Source of the DNA: an uncultured Nitrospinota bacterium | GTDB lineage: Bacteria; Tectomicrobia; Entotheonellia; J063; CAVPRW01 | Length of the DNA stretch: 64,000 nt | Reading direction: 5' to 3' | NCBI GenBank assembly: GCA_963707985.1 | Contig: CAVPRW010000039.1 | Coordinates: forward strand, 48,443-112,442 | Part shown: positions 44,149-52,893 of the stretch, in pieces | Layout: each line of letters begins with the position of its first letter | How positions within the stretch are numbered: the stretch's first letter is position 1 | Program-made: the position numbers and the translations under genes | Notes under the pieces: generated by a model | What the model was told of the DNA's origin: nothing | Database searches by the model: none | The model's input: only the letters and a program-made list of their open reading frames with translations

Positions 44149-44434
44149 TGCTGTGCCTTACCCTGCGCCTGGCCGGAGGCTTGATAGGTGACCATCCCCT
44201 TATCCGCGCTATCTGTCCTGCCCTCAAGCGGGATACCTCGCACGGCAACTTTTGGCAATCGTATCTTGCCTGTGGTGTGATGAAAGCAATTGCGCGATGG
44301 TGCCCGACACCCGTAATAACGTGAGGGGATTCCGGGCTTGACCTCATACAGGAGGGGCGGTTATAGTCAGAAGCCGGTGCACGACAAGATGATGGGAGCA
44401 TAGGACCACATCAGGCAGCTAGAGGAGGGATTGC

Positions 44435-45367
44435 GTGCCACGTTTGAGGGGTCGATGGTTGCGGTGGACGGCTGTGATCGTCGTGATTATAGGAATCGTC
44501 CATCTAACGCCCGTGTTCGGTGCCGGCGTTCCTCCGCGTCCCCTACCTGGAGATGTTTCCAGGTCTGGAGTGGTGGCACAAGAGGGTGGCCTACGCGTTA
44601 CAGAGCACGCTCTCGACTCGAGCGCCTTTGAAACCTTGCTCGCTGACACTACGGACACGGACATTTCGCCAGAAGCCCTGCGCCAAATCGCATTAAAAAG
44701 AGACCTATCGCTTGGGGAATTTGCCCAGGCGCTAGCGCGGGATGAAGAGGATTTTGATGACGAGATGACAGAATACGATCCGTGGGAGCCCTTCAACCGC
44801 AAGATGTTCGCCTTCAACCAGAAACTTGACCGCTATGTCTTGAAACCGGTGGCCAAGGTATGGAATTTTGTGGTGCCAGACCTAGCCCAGCAGAGCCTCG
44901 CCAATGCCTTCGATAACATTACTATGCCGCGCCGCCTTATCAACAGCCTCTTACAGTTGAAGCCCGAGGGCGCTGGACGCGAACTGGCACGGTTTTTCCT
45001 CAATATTTCTATGGGGGTAGGAGGGTTTTTCGACGTGGCGACAGAGCTGGGCATCCGACGTAGCGATGAAGACACCGGACAAACCCTGGGACACTATGGC
45101 GTGGGGCCAGGTCCATATCTGGTCTTACCGTTCCTGCCACCGATGACGGTGCGCGATGGCTTCGGTTATGCGGCGGATTCGGCGATGCAACCTTTGGGTT
45201 ATGTGGCGCCATTCGAAGCTTCAGCGGCAATGCGTGGGGGAGAGCTAATTAACGACCGCTCGCTCAACTTGGAAACCTTCGAGGAATTCCAACAGATGAC
45301 CTTTGACCTCTACGCCGCCGTGCGAAACGCCTACTTGCAGCGCCGCCAACGCATGATCCGGGAATAA
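44435..45367 (+). CDS. mlaA: VacJ/MlaA family protein
   Basis: DPWEPFNRKMFAFN, EDTGQTLG, GPYLVLPF, YAAVRNAYLQRR. Confidence 0.9.
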   Translation: MPRLRGRWLRWTAVIVVIIGIVHLTPVFGAGVPPRPLPGDVSRSGVVAQEGGLRVTEHALDSSAFETLLADTTDTDISPEALRQIALKRDLSLGEFAQALARDEEDFDDEMTEYDPWEPFNRKMFAFNQKLDRYVLKPVAKVWNFVVPDLAQQSLANAFDNITMPRRLINSLLQLKPEGAGRELARFFLNISMGVGGFFDVATELGIRRSDEDTGQTLGHYGVGPGPYLVLPFLPPMTVRDGFGYAADSAMQPLGYVAPFEASAAMRGGELINDRSLNLETFEEFQQMTFDLYAAVRNAYLQRRQRMIRE

Positions 45368-45420
45368 TCCCGAAAGCCTGCCGCTGCCGGCGTCACCTGC
45401 CCGCCATGTCAGGACATTGC

Positions 45421-46056
45421 CTACAACGAATCCTCCTCCAACTTGGTCTTGAGGCGCTGGGCCAGCGCCTCGTAGGATGAGGTGCGGAGAATCTTACTGA
45501 ATTGGGCCCGGTAGTTCGTCGCCAGGCTCACGCCGTCGATGGCCACGTCATAAATTGCCCACTGTTCGTTGTGGCGTACCAACCGATAATCGACGGGCAT
45601 TCTGGCGTCTTGCTTGCTGACCAGGGTTGTGGCAACCGTGGCGCGATCCTGCTGGATGGATTCCGGGCCGTAGAGCGTCGTTCGCTCGCCCAGGAAGCGT
45701 AACACCAAACGGTTATAGGAGCCTTCAAAGAGGCGACCAAACAACTCGATGAATTCGTCGCGCTGCGCTGGCTCTAACTTGCCCCAATGGGTCCCCAACG
45801 ATTCGCGCGCCATCTCGCGAAAATCGAAGGACTCGAAAATGATCTGTCGTACCCGGTGCTTGCGCTCCTGTTCTGTTTCGGACCCCTGGAGGGTCGGATC
45901 CCCTAGGATGGCCGAGACCGCATTTAGGGTCGCCTGCACACGCTCCTGGGGTCCTGCTCCGAGAGCAGGACGGGCGCGGTGAAGATCGATCGATACCGCT
46001 AGCGCGATGGCACACAGAAGTAGATATCGCGCCAGTGGTTTCCGTGCCTGAGACAC
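45421..46056 (-). CDS. MlaC/Ttg2D (HpnM-like) periplasmic lipid carrier
   Basis: FDFREMARESLG, VDYRL, IYDVAIDGVSL...YRAQF. Confidence 0.9.
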   Translation of the reverse strand: MSQARKPLARYLLLCAIALAVSIDLHRARPALGAGPQERVQATLNAVSAILGDPTLQGSETEQERKHRVRQIIFESFDFREMARESLGTHWGKLEPAQRDEFIELFGRLFEGSYNRLVLRFLGERTTLYGPESIQQDRATVATTLVSKQDARMPVDYRLVRHNEQWAIYDVAIDGVSLATNYRAQFSKILRTSSYEALAQRLKTKLEEDSL

Positions 46057-46070
46057 CGATCTTTCCTCCC

Positions 46071-48920
46071 TCAGTCATCCAGGGCTGGATGGTCTGATAT
46101 GACGGAGTCGGCCGTTGCCATATAGGTGCGGACTCGGTTTGACATCGAGGAGACGCCCGTTTCCTGGTAGGTCCTCAAGGTGGCCTTTTGGCCACCGGCG
46201 GCAGACCCCAGAATGGCCAAAAGGCTCGGCAGCGTTGTCAGCGACGCGATGAGGACACCCCCCACCCCCAAAGCCACCAGTAGGCCCAGGCTGTAAATCC
46301 CTCGATGGCCGGAGATCATCAAACTGCCGAAGCCAACGATAGTTGTCAGCGCTGCCAGGATGATGGCCTTGGCTGTACTTCTGGCCAGTGGAACGCTCTC
46401 TCCTTCATACTTCCCAGTGGTTCGATAACTATGCACGATATGCACCCCATTGTCGATACCGATCCCAATGATCAAGGGTAAGAAGAGCAGGTTGGCCATA
46501 TTGAACTGGACCCCAAATAGGACCATCATGCCCAAGGTCCATACCGATCCCACCAACAGCGGCACCAAGGCCAGGATGGTGGACAACGCCCCACGAAACA
46601 TCAGAAAGGTCAGAAAGACAATGCCACTCATGGCGTACACACTGGCCTTGCTGTACCCTGCCTTGATGGTCTCCATGTACTCAAAATTGGTCACAGGGGC
46701 ACCAATGGCATCAATATCGACTGCTTGTAAATCACGCACAAATCTGGCTAACGGCAGCGGCTCCCAGACGTTTTCATTGGGCAACACAAAAAGGCGGAAT
46801 TTCCCGGTCTGGCCAACGTAGCGAGCCTGGAGCTCGGGTGGAAGGTCTGCAATAGTCACCGGCTTAGCCTGCAAGTTGTTCTGCAGGATCGCTAGCTGGT
46901 CTACGAGGTCATGGCGCAATTCCTGCTGGAACGCTGATAGCGTCGATTGGGCATCGGCCGGCGGCATCGCCTGCGTGCGCTGCAAGAATCGCTCGATGAG
47001 CCCTTGGACCTCGCGGAGGTGCTGTTGCAGCTCCTCCGCGACTGCTGTTTGAGGTGCTTCGTCACTCACCGTGATCTTGGCGTTCAGGCGTCCCAATGTG
47101 TTCTGTAGAGCGGCAAGATCAACAGTCTCGGGATTGAGGTCCTGAATAGTGGTCTCGGCAAGCAGTGGGCGCAGCTCTCGGATCAGGGCCAGCTTGCGTT
47201 CCTGTTCCGGGGGAAGCACGGCAAGGATGCTATCCACTTTTTCCACCGAAGGCAAGCGACTAAGCGCTGTGACCTTGCGCTCGGCGTCCTCGATCGAGTC
47301 CGCCATGATCTCGCCCATGAGAACCGACCGCCGCGTACTCGCGAAAATCCGTTCCGCCCAAACGACCGATTCATTGCGCTCCGACTGTAGGCGCAGCAGG
47401 TTGAAGTCGGTGCCGATCTTCCCTAAGGCCAGGAGCGATAGGATGACCAGGAAAGCGCTCGCCGCCAGGGTTGCCCAAGGATACCTGTATAATCGCTCCA
47501 GATAGCCTGCTTGTTCCTCAGCCAAGGGGGTTACATGGACCTGTGCCCTCGGCCCTCTCCAGCGTTCCTCGAGCACTAGTAGCGCAGGCAGGCAGGCAAA
47601 CGTCGCCAGCAAGATCAGCATCAAGCCACTTCCCGTGATGAAGCCAAGCTCGCGAAGTCCCAAAAAGTCGCTCAGGACCAGCGCAAAAAAGGCCGTGGCT
47701 GTGGTCAGAGTCGCTATGACGATGCCGCCGCCAGTGCCGAGAAACGTGTGCTCCAATGCCTGACGGACGTTCTTGCCAGCGGCTCGCTGGGCTTCATAAT
47801 GCGTCAGAAAGTGAATGCCCGTCGAATCGATTCCCAACCCGATGAGCATGGGTGCGAAGACAATGGTGAAAATATTGAGATGGCCGATGGTCAGGGTTGT
47901 GAAGCCAAGCGTCCAGCCCACGCCAAGCATTAACGTAAGGACTGTGAGGCCGGGTCGGACCATGCTCCGAAAGAAGGCGCCAAAGAGAACGGCAACGCCA
48001 GCCAAGGAGATCGCGGTGGCAATCGTCATATCGCGTTGCGCAGAAGTCATTTCATCGGTTTCCAGGACGGCCTTACCGGTAATGCCTATTTCGAGGTCCG
48101 GATAGGCCTGCTGCAGCGCACGCACATCTTTTCGAATCTGCTGCACGGCGGTCCGAAATCGATTCACATCCCCCGCCTCTACCTTTGGGTTGGCGAAGAC
48201 GAAGAGTAACTGCTGGTCATCGGACCATAGGAAGCCATCATGCGCCGCCTGGGACGTCGAGGTGAACAGCTCCTGCCAGAGAGAGTGGTAGGGCTGTTGC
48301 GGATCGAGATGTTGGTTCAGTTGCCGCAGCAGTGTCAGTAGGAAGGTGAGGTCAAGTGGCTTAGCCTGCCTTTCGTCCTCTAGAAAATCCGTGAAGACGT
48401 GACCCACCAGGGCTTTGGTGACCTCACGGTTGAGGAGATCAAATAGCCGCTCTAGTGTCGGATACGCCGCAAACTCATGGAATAACTCCCCGTATTGCTC
48501 AAGCTGTCGTCGTAGCTCGGCAAGTTCCCCGTCGCTCAGAAATAACAAGGCCTTATCTTGCAAAGTGTCCAGGCGGATCCGATACAGCACCTTATCGATG
48601 CTCGGCTCGCCCTCCAAACGCTGGGCTAGAGCCGTGGCAAAGGCTTTTGCCTGGGTCTTTTCCTGGCCGCGAATAACCACGATGACACGCTCGGGGATGT
48701 CATCGAATTCGCGACTGAAAGCCTGGTCAAGCTGTTTGTAACGATTGCCCGATGACACCAGGTCTAGATGGCTGGTGTGAAATTCCAAGCGTGTGGAGCT
48801 GAGCAGGAGTGAGAGGACGACTGCAAGCACGGCTGTGCCGATGACCACCAATGGATGTCCCAGCGCCATGCTGACGAACGGCCTATACAATTCTTCAGCG
48901 TGTAACCTCTTCCATGACAT
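46071..48920 (-). CDS. hpnN: MMPL/RND transporter, HpnN-like (hopanoid-associated)
   Basis: Two TM clusters GLGID...H and GIGIDNGVH; IADLPPELQARYVG; HRGIYSLG. Confidence 0.82.
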   Translation of the reverse strand: MSWKRLHAEELYRPFVSMALGHPLVVIGTAVLAVVLSLLLSSTRLEFHTSHLDLVSSGNRYKQLDQAFSREFDDIPERVIVVIRGQEKTQAKAFATALAQRLEGEPSIDKVLYRIRLDTLQDKALLFLSDGELAELRRQLEQYGELFHEFAAYPTLERLFDLLNREVTKALVGHVFTDFLEDERQAKPLDLTFLLTLLRQLNQHLDPQQPYHSLWQELFTSTSQAAHDGFLWSDDQQLLFVFANPKVEAGDVNRFRTAVQQIRKDVRALQQAYPDLEIGITGKAVLETDEMTSAQRDMTIATAISLAGVAVLFGAFFRSMVRPGLTVLTLMLGVGWTLGFTTLTIGHLNIFTIVFAPMLIGLGIDSTGIHFLTHYEAQRAAGKNVRQALEHTFLGTGGGIVIATLTTATAFFALVLSDFLGLRELGFITGSGLMLILLATFACLPALLVLEERWRGPRAQVHVTPLAEEQAGYLERLYRYPWATLAASAFLVILSLLALGKIGTDFNLLRLQSERNESVVWAERIFASTRRSVLMGEIMADSIEDAERKVTALSRLPSVEKVDSILAVLPPEQERKLALIRELRPLLAETTIQDLNPETVDLAALQNTLGRLNAKITVSDEAPQTAVAEELQQHLREVQGLIERFLQRTQAMPPADAQSTLSAFQQELRHDLVDQLAILQNNLQAKPVTIADLPPELQARYVGQTGKFRLFVLPNENVWEPLPLARFVRDLQAVDIDAIGAPVTNFEYMETIKAGYSKASVYAMSGIVFLTFLMFRGALSTILALVPLLVGSVWTLGMMVLFGVQFNMANLLFLPLIIGIGIDNGVHIVHSYRTTGKYEGESVPLARSTAKAIILAALTTIVGFGSLMISGHRGIYSLGLLVALGVGGVLIASLTTLPSLLAILGSAAGGQKATLRTYQETGVSSMSNRVRTYMATADSVISDHPALDD

Positions 48921-49842
48921 AGCGTGTACCTATCCTGTCCAGCGCTGGCCTGCCGCCTGCCCCCCCTCACGGCGGTGTGCAGAGCGTTTGTCACAGCGAC
49001 CCCTCGGAACCAGACGTTTGGCATTTCTCTGATGACCATAACATGGGGAGAGACGATAAGGTTCTCCGCCAATCGGCGGAGATGGCCGGCGAGTGCGAAA
49101 AGCTTCGACCAAACGTAGATGCAAAATCGCTGCCAATGGAATGGTTATACGTTGGGGGGTTGGAGGACGCGTCCAGCCCATCAGCCAGAGCCAAATCTCC
49201 GGGTGCCACACTCGCAGCCAGTGCACAAGGCATCCGAACCGCACAGGGAGGCATTGGTGCCAGCGCTGGAACGGGTGAAAGGGAACTGAAACGTAAACAT
49301 TATGGGAAATTGGCATAAGCGTGCAAAGCGCTGAGGTAGCATCGGCGTTATGGCTGAGTCGCAGATAAGCGAACTGTGCTGAGGCAAAATGACACACTGC
49401 CACAATCGATCGTGTTCCTCACCCCTGCTGGGGTCGGAGAAACCGATCGCCATGTGGGGACATCCGGCACCACTGGGCGCCGCTCGACCGAGTGGTGCCA
49501 ATGGGCACCCACCAGCGTCTGGCGCGGTCGAGGGGCCAGCCATGGTCGAGGGAGGCATATGGGTCTGTAACGGCGTTGTGTAAACAATCCTTTGCAGCAG
49601 CTTTTGCTTGACATGCATGCGATCAGCGGTTAGGATCAGCGCTACTGAGAGCGGTGCCAGCAGCTTGCCAGGGCTGTGCTGGAGTTCATCCCCGGTGACC
49701 GGTAGGCATGGCAAAAGAGCTCCCAAGACGCATAGACCCCAGCTCGACACTACCTCTGTTGGCTGATAGGTTTCGCCGAGGATCACAGACCGATTCGTGT
49801 GCAGCACTCGTCATGTTGGGCCATTTGGATGGAGCACGACCC

Positions 49843-50385
49843 ATGAGGTGGGCCGGTCATCTCCGTACCTCGGTGAGATATGCACTAGTCCTCACGATCA
49901 TGCTTGGGAGTTCCCTGCCATCCTGGTCGCATAATGCGCCCACAGTCAGTTTTCCGCCAATGGAAACTGCACCATCTGAATGTCAAGCGCTTCAGCCATG
50001 GTTTCCAGAAGCTCAATGCACGTCAGCGTGGATGCCTGAGGCACCTCTGACTATTGTCCTCTTCGCGCTACTGGTCATTGCCGTAGCCCATGGGCTCCGG
50101 CGTTGGCGCCGAACGGCAGCGCTCAGTCTCGTGTTAGCTGTCAGCACTTTCACTTTCGGGACTGCTGTCCATGCAGTCCATCACCTCTCAGCTCCTGGGA
50201 AAGCTGCCGAGTGTCTGGTATTCTCGGCGTCCCAGCATGTGTCTGGAACCCTCGACGAACCCTGTGACATCCGTGCTCCTGGGGTATCTGTCACGTCCGC
50301 GTTTCTCGCGAATCCTGAGGTGCCAACTTTTATCCTCCGCTGTGGTGCCGACCTACCACGTGCTCCTCCATCATTGCTTACCTAG
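49843..50385 (+). CDS. DUF2946-like leader protein ending in RAPP
   Basis: Signal/TM segments; HAVHHL...CLVFSASQH...LPRAPPSLLT*; upstream of sco. Confidence 0.7.
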   Translation: MRWAGHLRTSVRYALVLTIMLGSSLPSWSHNAPTVSFPPMETAPSECQALQPWFPEAQCTSAWMPEAPLTIVLFALLVIAVAHGLRRWRRTAALSLVLAVSTFTFGTAVHAVHHLSAPGKAAECLVFSASQHVSGTLDEPCDIRAPGVSVTSAFLANPEVPTFILRCGADLPRAPPSLLT

Positions 50386-50650
50386 CAATTCAGAGTTTTG
50401 CCGTCGTCAATTTGGATATTTTACGGGCAGGCGCGCTGCTCATGCAGGCCGTGAGTGTCTCCTGCAGCGTATGAGCGATACCGGTGCGGGCGACATTCCA
50501 GGCTACCATGCCATAGTAGCGGCTTACCTCGATGGCAGATCGTCATGGATGTGTGTGCTGGGGTGAACGATCGACATCGAACCTACTCATCGCCGTCAGA
50601 CGCCTATCTCGTGCAGGGACGTGGGAGGAGTCTGCTGGCAAGGAGTCGAG

Positions 50651-51241
50651 ATGCGAGCAACGCTTGTTCGCTGGATGACGGGGCTGTACTGTGTACTGGC
50701 CGCACCGGGGGTCCTACAGAGTGCCCAATTCGCTGGCCAAGCACTTGTTCCACCACCAGCTGCGATGGACTTTACCCTCCAAGCTGCGGATGGGTCTGAG
50801 TTTAAACTCAGCCAACAGCGTGGGAAGGTTGTCCTCCTCAGCTTTGGGTACACCTTCTGCCCGGATGTCTGCCCGACGACACTCGTGGAGTTATCACAGG
50901 TTCGAGCCCGCCTAGGAGACGCCGCCAAGCGCGTGCGAGTGGCGTTCATTACGTTCGATCCCGAGCGCGATACCCCTGAGCGCCTGGGCATCTATACCAA
51001 GGCTTTTGATCCGACCTTCATCGGGCTGACCGGGAGTGCAGAACAGCTCGCCTATGTACGAACCATGTACGGAGTGGTGGCTGAGAAAGAGGCGGTTACC
51101 GGCACCGCAGCAGGTTATCTCATCGCCCATTCGGCCTATACCTACGTCATCGATCCCGAGGGACGGCTCCGTCTGCTGTTCCCCTTTGGCCTATCGATCG
51201 AGGAAATGGCCGATGACATCAAACAGCTGTTGAGGAGCTAG
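50651..51241 (+). CDS. SCO1/SenC copper chaperone
   Basis: FGYTFCPDVCP, DPERDTPE, IAHS. Confidence 0.94.
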   Translation: MRATLVRWMTGLYCVLAAPGVLQSAQFAGQALVPPPAAMDFTLQAADGSEFKLSQQRGKVVLLSFGYTFCPDVCPTTLVELSQVRARLGDAAKRVRVAFITFDPERDTPERLGIYTKAFDPTFIGLTGSAEQLAYVRTMYGVVAEKEAVTGTAAGYLIAHSAYTYVIDPEGRLRLLFPFGLSIEEMADDIKQLLRS

Positions 51242-51244
51242 ATC

Positions 51245-51733
51245 ATGCAATATTTACGTGCTGTAGGAGTCCTCATTGGGATGTATGGGCTGCTGGTGGT
51301 CGGCCAGGCGTCCGCCGGCCATATGGAACACCGTCACGCCACGATTCAGCTGGAAAACGCCTGGGCTCGACGGGCGCCATCGATGGCCGGAGGGCAAAGT
51401 GGAGAAGGTGGAGGTGCAAGGACCGCAGGTAATGGTGCCGTGTATGTTACCATCAGCAACCATGGGACCGAGGCCGACGCACTCCTGTCGGCTTCGGCGG
51501 ATGTAGCGACGACTGTCGAGCTACACCAGACTATCAAGCAAGACGGCAAAATGGTCATGCGACCACTCCCAAGAGTTGATATTCCCGCCGGCGGAAGGCT
51601 CGAAATGAAACCGGGGAGCTACCACATCATGCTACTTGGGCTCAAACAGGATCTCAAACCGGGAGAGACCGTCAATGTTGGGTTGAGCTTTGAGAAAGCG
51701 GGGCAGATGTCCGTGAAAGCGGCGGTGAAGTAA
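51245..51733 (+). CDS. PCu(A)C copper chaperone
   Basis: NAWAR, VELH...KMVMR...PGSYHIML. Confidence 0.93.
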   Translation: MQYLRAVGVLIGMYGLLVVGQASAGHMEHRHATIQLENAWARRAPSMAGGQSGEGGGARTAGNGAVYVTISNHGTEADALLSASADVATTVELHQTIKQDGKMVMRPLPRVDIPAGGRLEMKPGSYHIMLLGLKQDLKPGETVNVGLSFEKAGQMSVKAAVK

Positions 51734-51821
51734 TTGGTGTAGACGTGCAGCGATGAGGTGACCGCGACGGCGGTCGCGAGGACAAATGGATGTCGAAGCA
51801 ACAATCGAGGAGAAATTCGAC

Positions 51822-52184
51822 ATGAAGACCAGTAAAGCGGTGCTAGCGTTTCTTATGTGCGTCATCGTCACAGCGGCGACTGTGTCGGTAGGACTGGCAG
51901 GAGACGGCCCAAAGTTGCCGGTGAAACGCTATGAAGGCCAAATCAAAGCCATCAAGGTCGAACGTTGTGGGATAGAGCCAGGTCAATGCATCGGTTCGAT
52001 CGTCTTGGCCCAGAAGGGGGGTGGTGAGGTGTCATTGGGAATCCGCCCGGGGACATGGCTCAAGCGCGGCGCGAACTTCGTGTACATCGAGGATCTGGCG
52101 GTCGGCAATTACGTCATGGCTGAGGCCGTTGCCATGCCAGGTGATCAATTGCAGCAGATCACCGTACTGAGCAGCGACGACTAG
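51822..52184 (+). CDS. Hypothetical exported protein (C-x6-C)
   Basis: GAGGAG RBS; signal peptide; RCGIEPGQCIG. Confidence 0.75.
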   Translation: MKTSKAVLAFLMCVIVTAATVSVGLAGDGPKLPVKRYEGQIKAIKVERCGIEPGQCIGSIVLAQKGGGEVSLGIRPGTWLKRGANFVYIEDLAVGNYVMAEAVAMPGDQLQQITVLSSDD

Positions 52185-52257
52185 CCCCAGTGAGCGGCGT
52201 TGGGACGGGCGCACGATGTCATGCCGGTCGCAACCAATGCATGGGTGGGGAGCCCGG

Positions 52258-52623
52258 ATGCCTTCTAGACCTCCATTGAGCCATGCTGTGGGGCAGCGCA
52301 TCACCATCACCGACCGGCTGATTGTCCTTGGCGCGCTGCTGTGTTTCGGCTTCCTGATAGCCGTGTCCGGGCCACACCTGGTGCACCATCTGGCAGACCC
52401 GCATCCAGGGCCTCCCCACCCACATACCCACACATCTCAGCCGACGGCTTGCCTGGTCCTCTCGCTGATGCAGCACATCCCGCTCGCCGGGGATTTCTTC
52501 GCCTCTCCGCCAATCTTCCTCTCTACAGCGGGGCACGCAAGCTTCGCGCAGCCGCTCCAGGCGACCAGCACTCCTCGACCCACCGTTCAGGCCCGCTCTC
52601 CACCAATCATGGCGCACTCCTAA
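52258..52623 (+). CDS. DUF2946-like leader protein ending in RSPP
   Basis: GGGGAG RBS; TM segment; HLVHHL...HPHTH...CLVLSLMQH...QARSPPIMAHS*; upstream of TonB receptor. Confidence 0.75.
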   Translation: MPSRPPLSHAVGQRITITDRLIVLGALLCFGFLIAVSGPHLVHHLADPHPGPPHPHTHTSQPTACLVLSLMQHIPLAGDFFASPPIFLSTAGHASFAQPLQATSTPRPTVQARSPPIMAHS

Positions 52624-52893
52624 ATTGTCAGGCCCTGTGCCACGCCACCAACGCCGAAGACGCCTCGGTCGCCCTCGATTACGGGGACGCGTGCGTTCGG
52701 TCTCGACTAGGGGAGCATCCCAACTCGGAGGCGTGTTGTCCTGAGGACTTATCCCTGTCCTCCACGGGAGTGGGTCACGCGCAAACCAGGTCTTTTAACA
52801 CAAAGCTGCCAGGTTCCGTGTGGCCCACAATTCTCAGGTCAGTTGTGATCGGACCATTCGCTTACATTCGATCCTCAAGCTGGGAGGCTCATC

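Noticed and set aside
48930..49403. Possible third arrest peptide (RRPSPP) upstream of hpnN
   Set aside because: Motif is internal rather than C-terminal and lacks the TM/His/Cys pattern.
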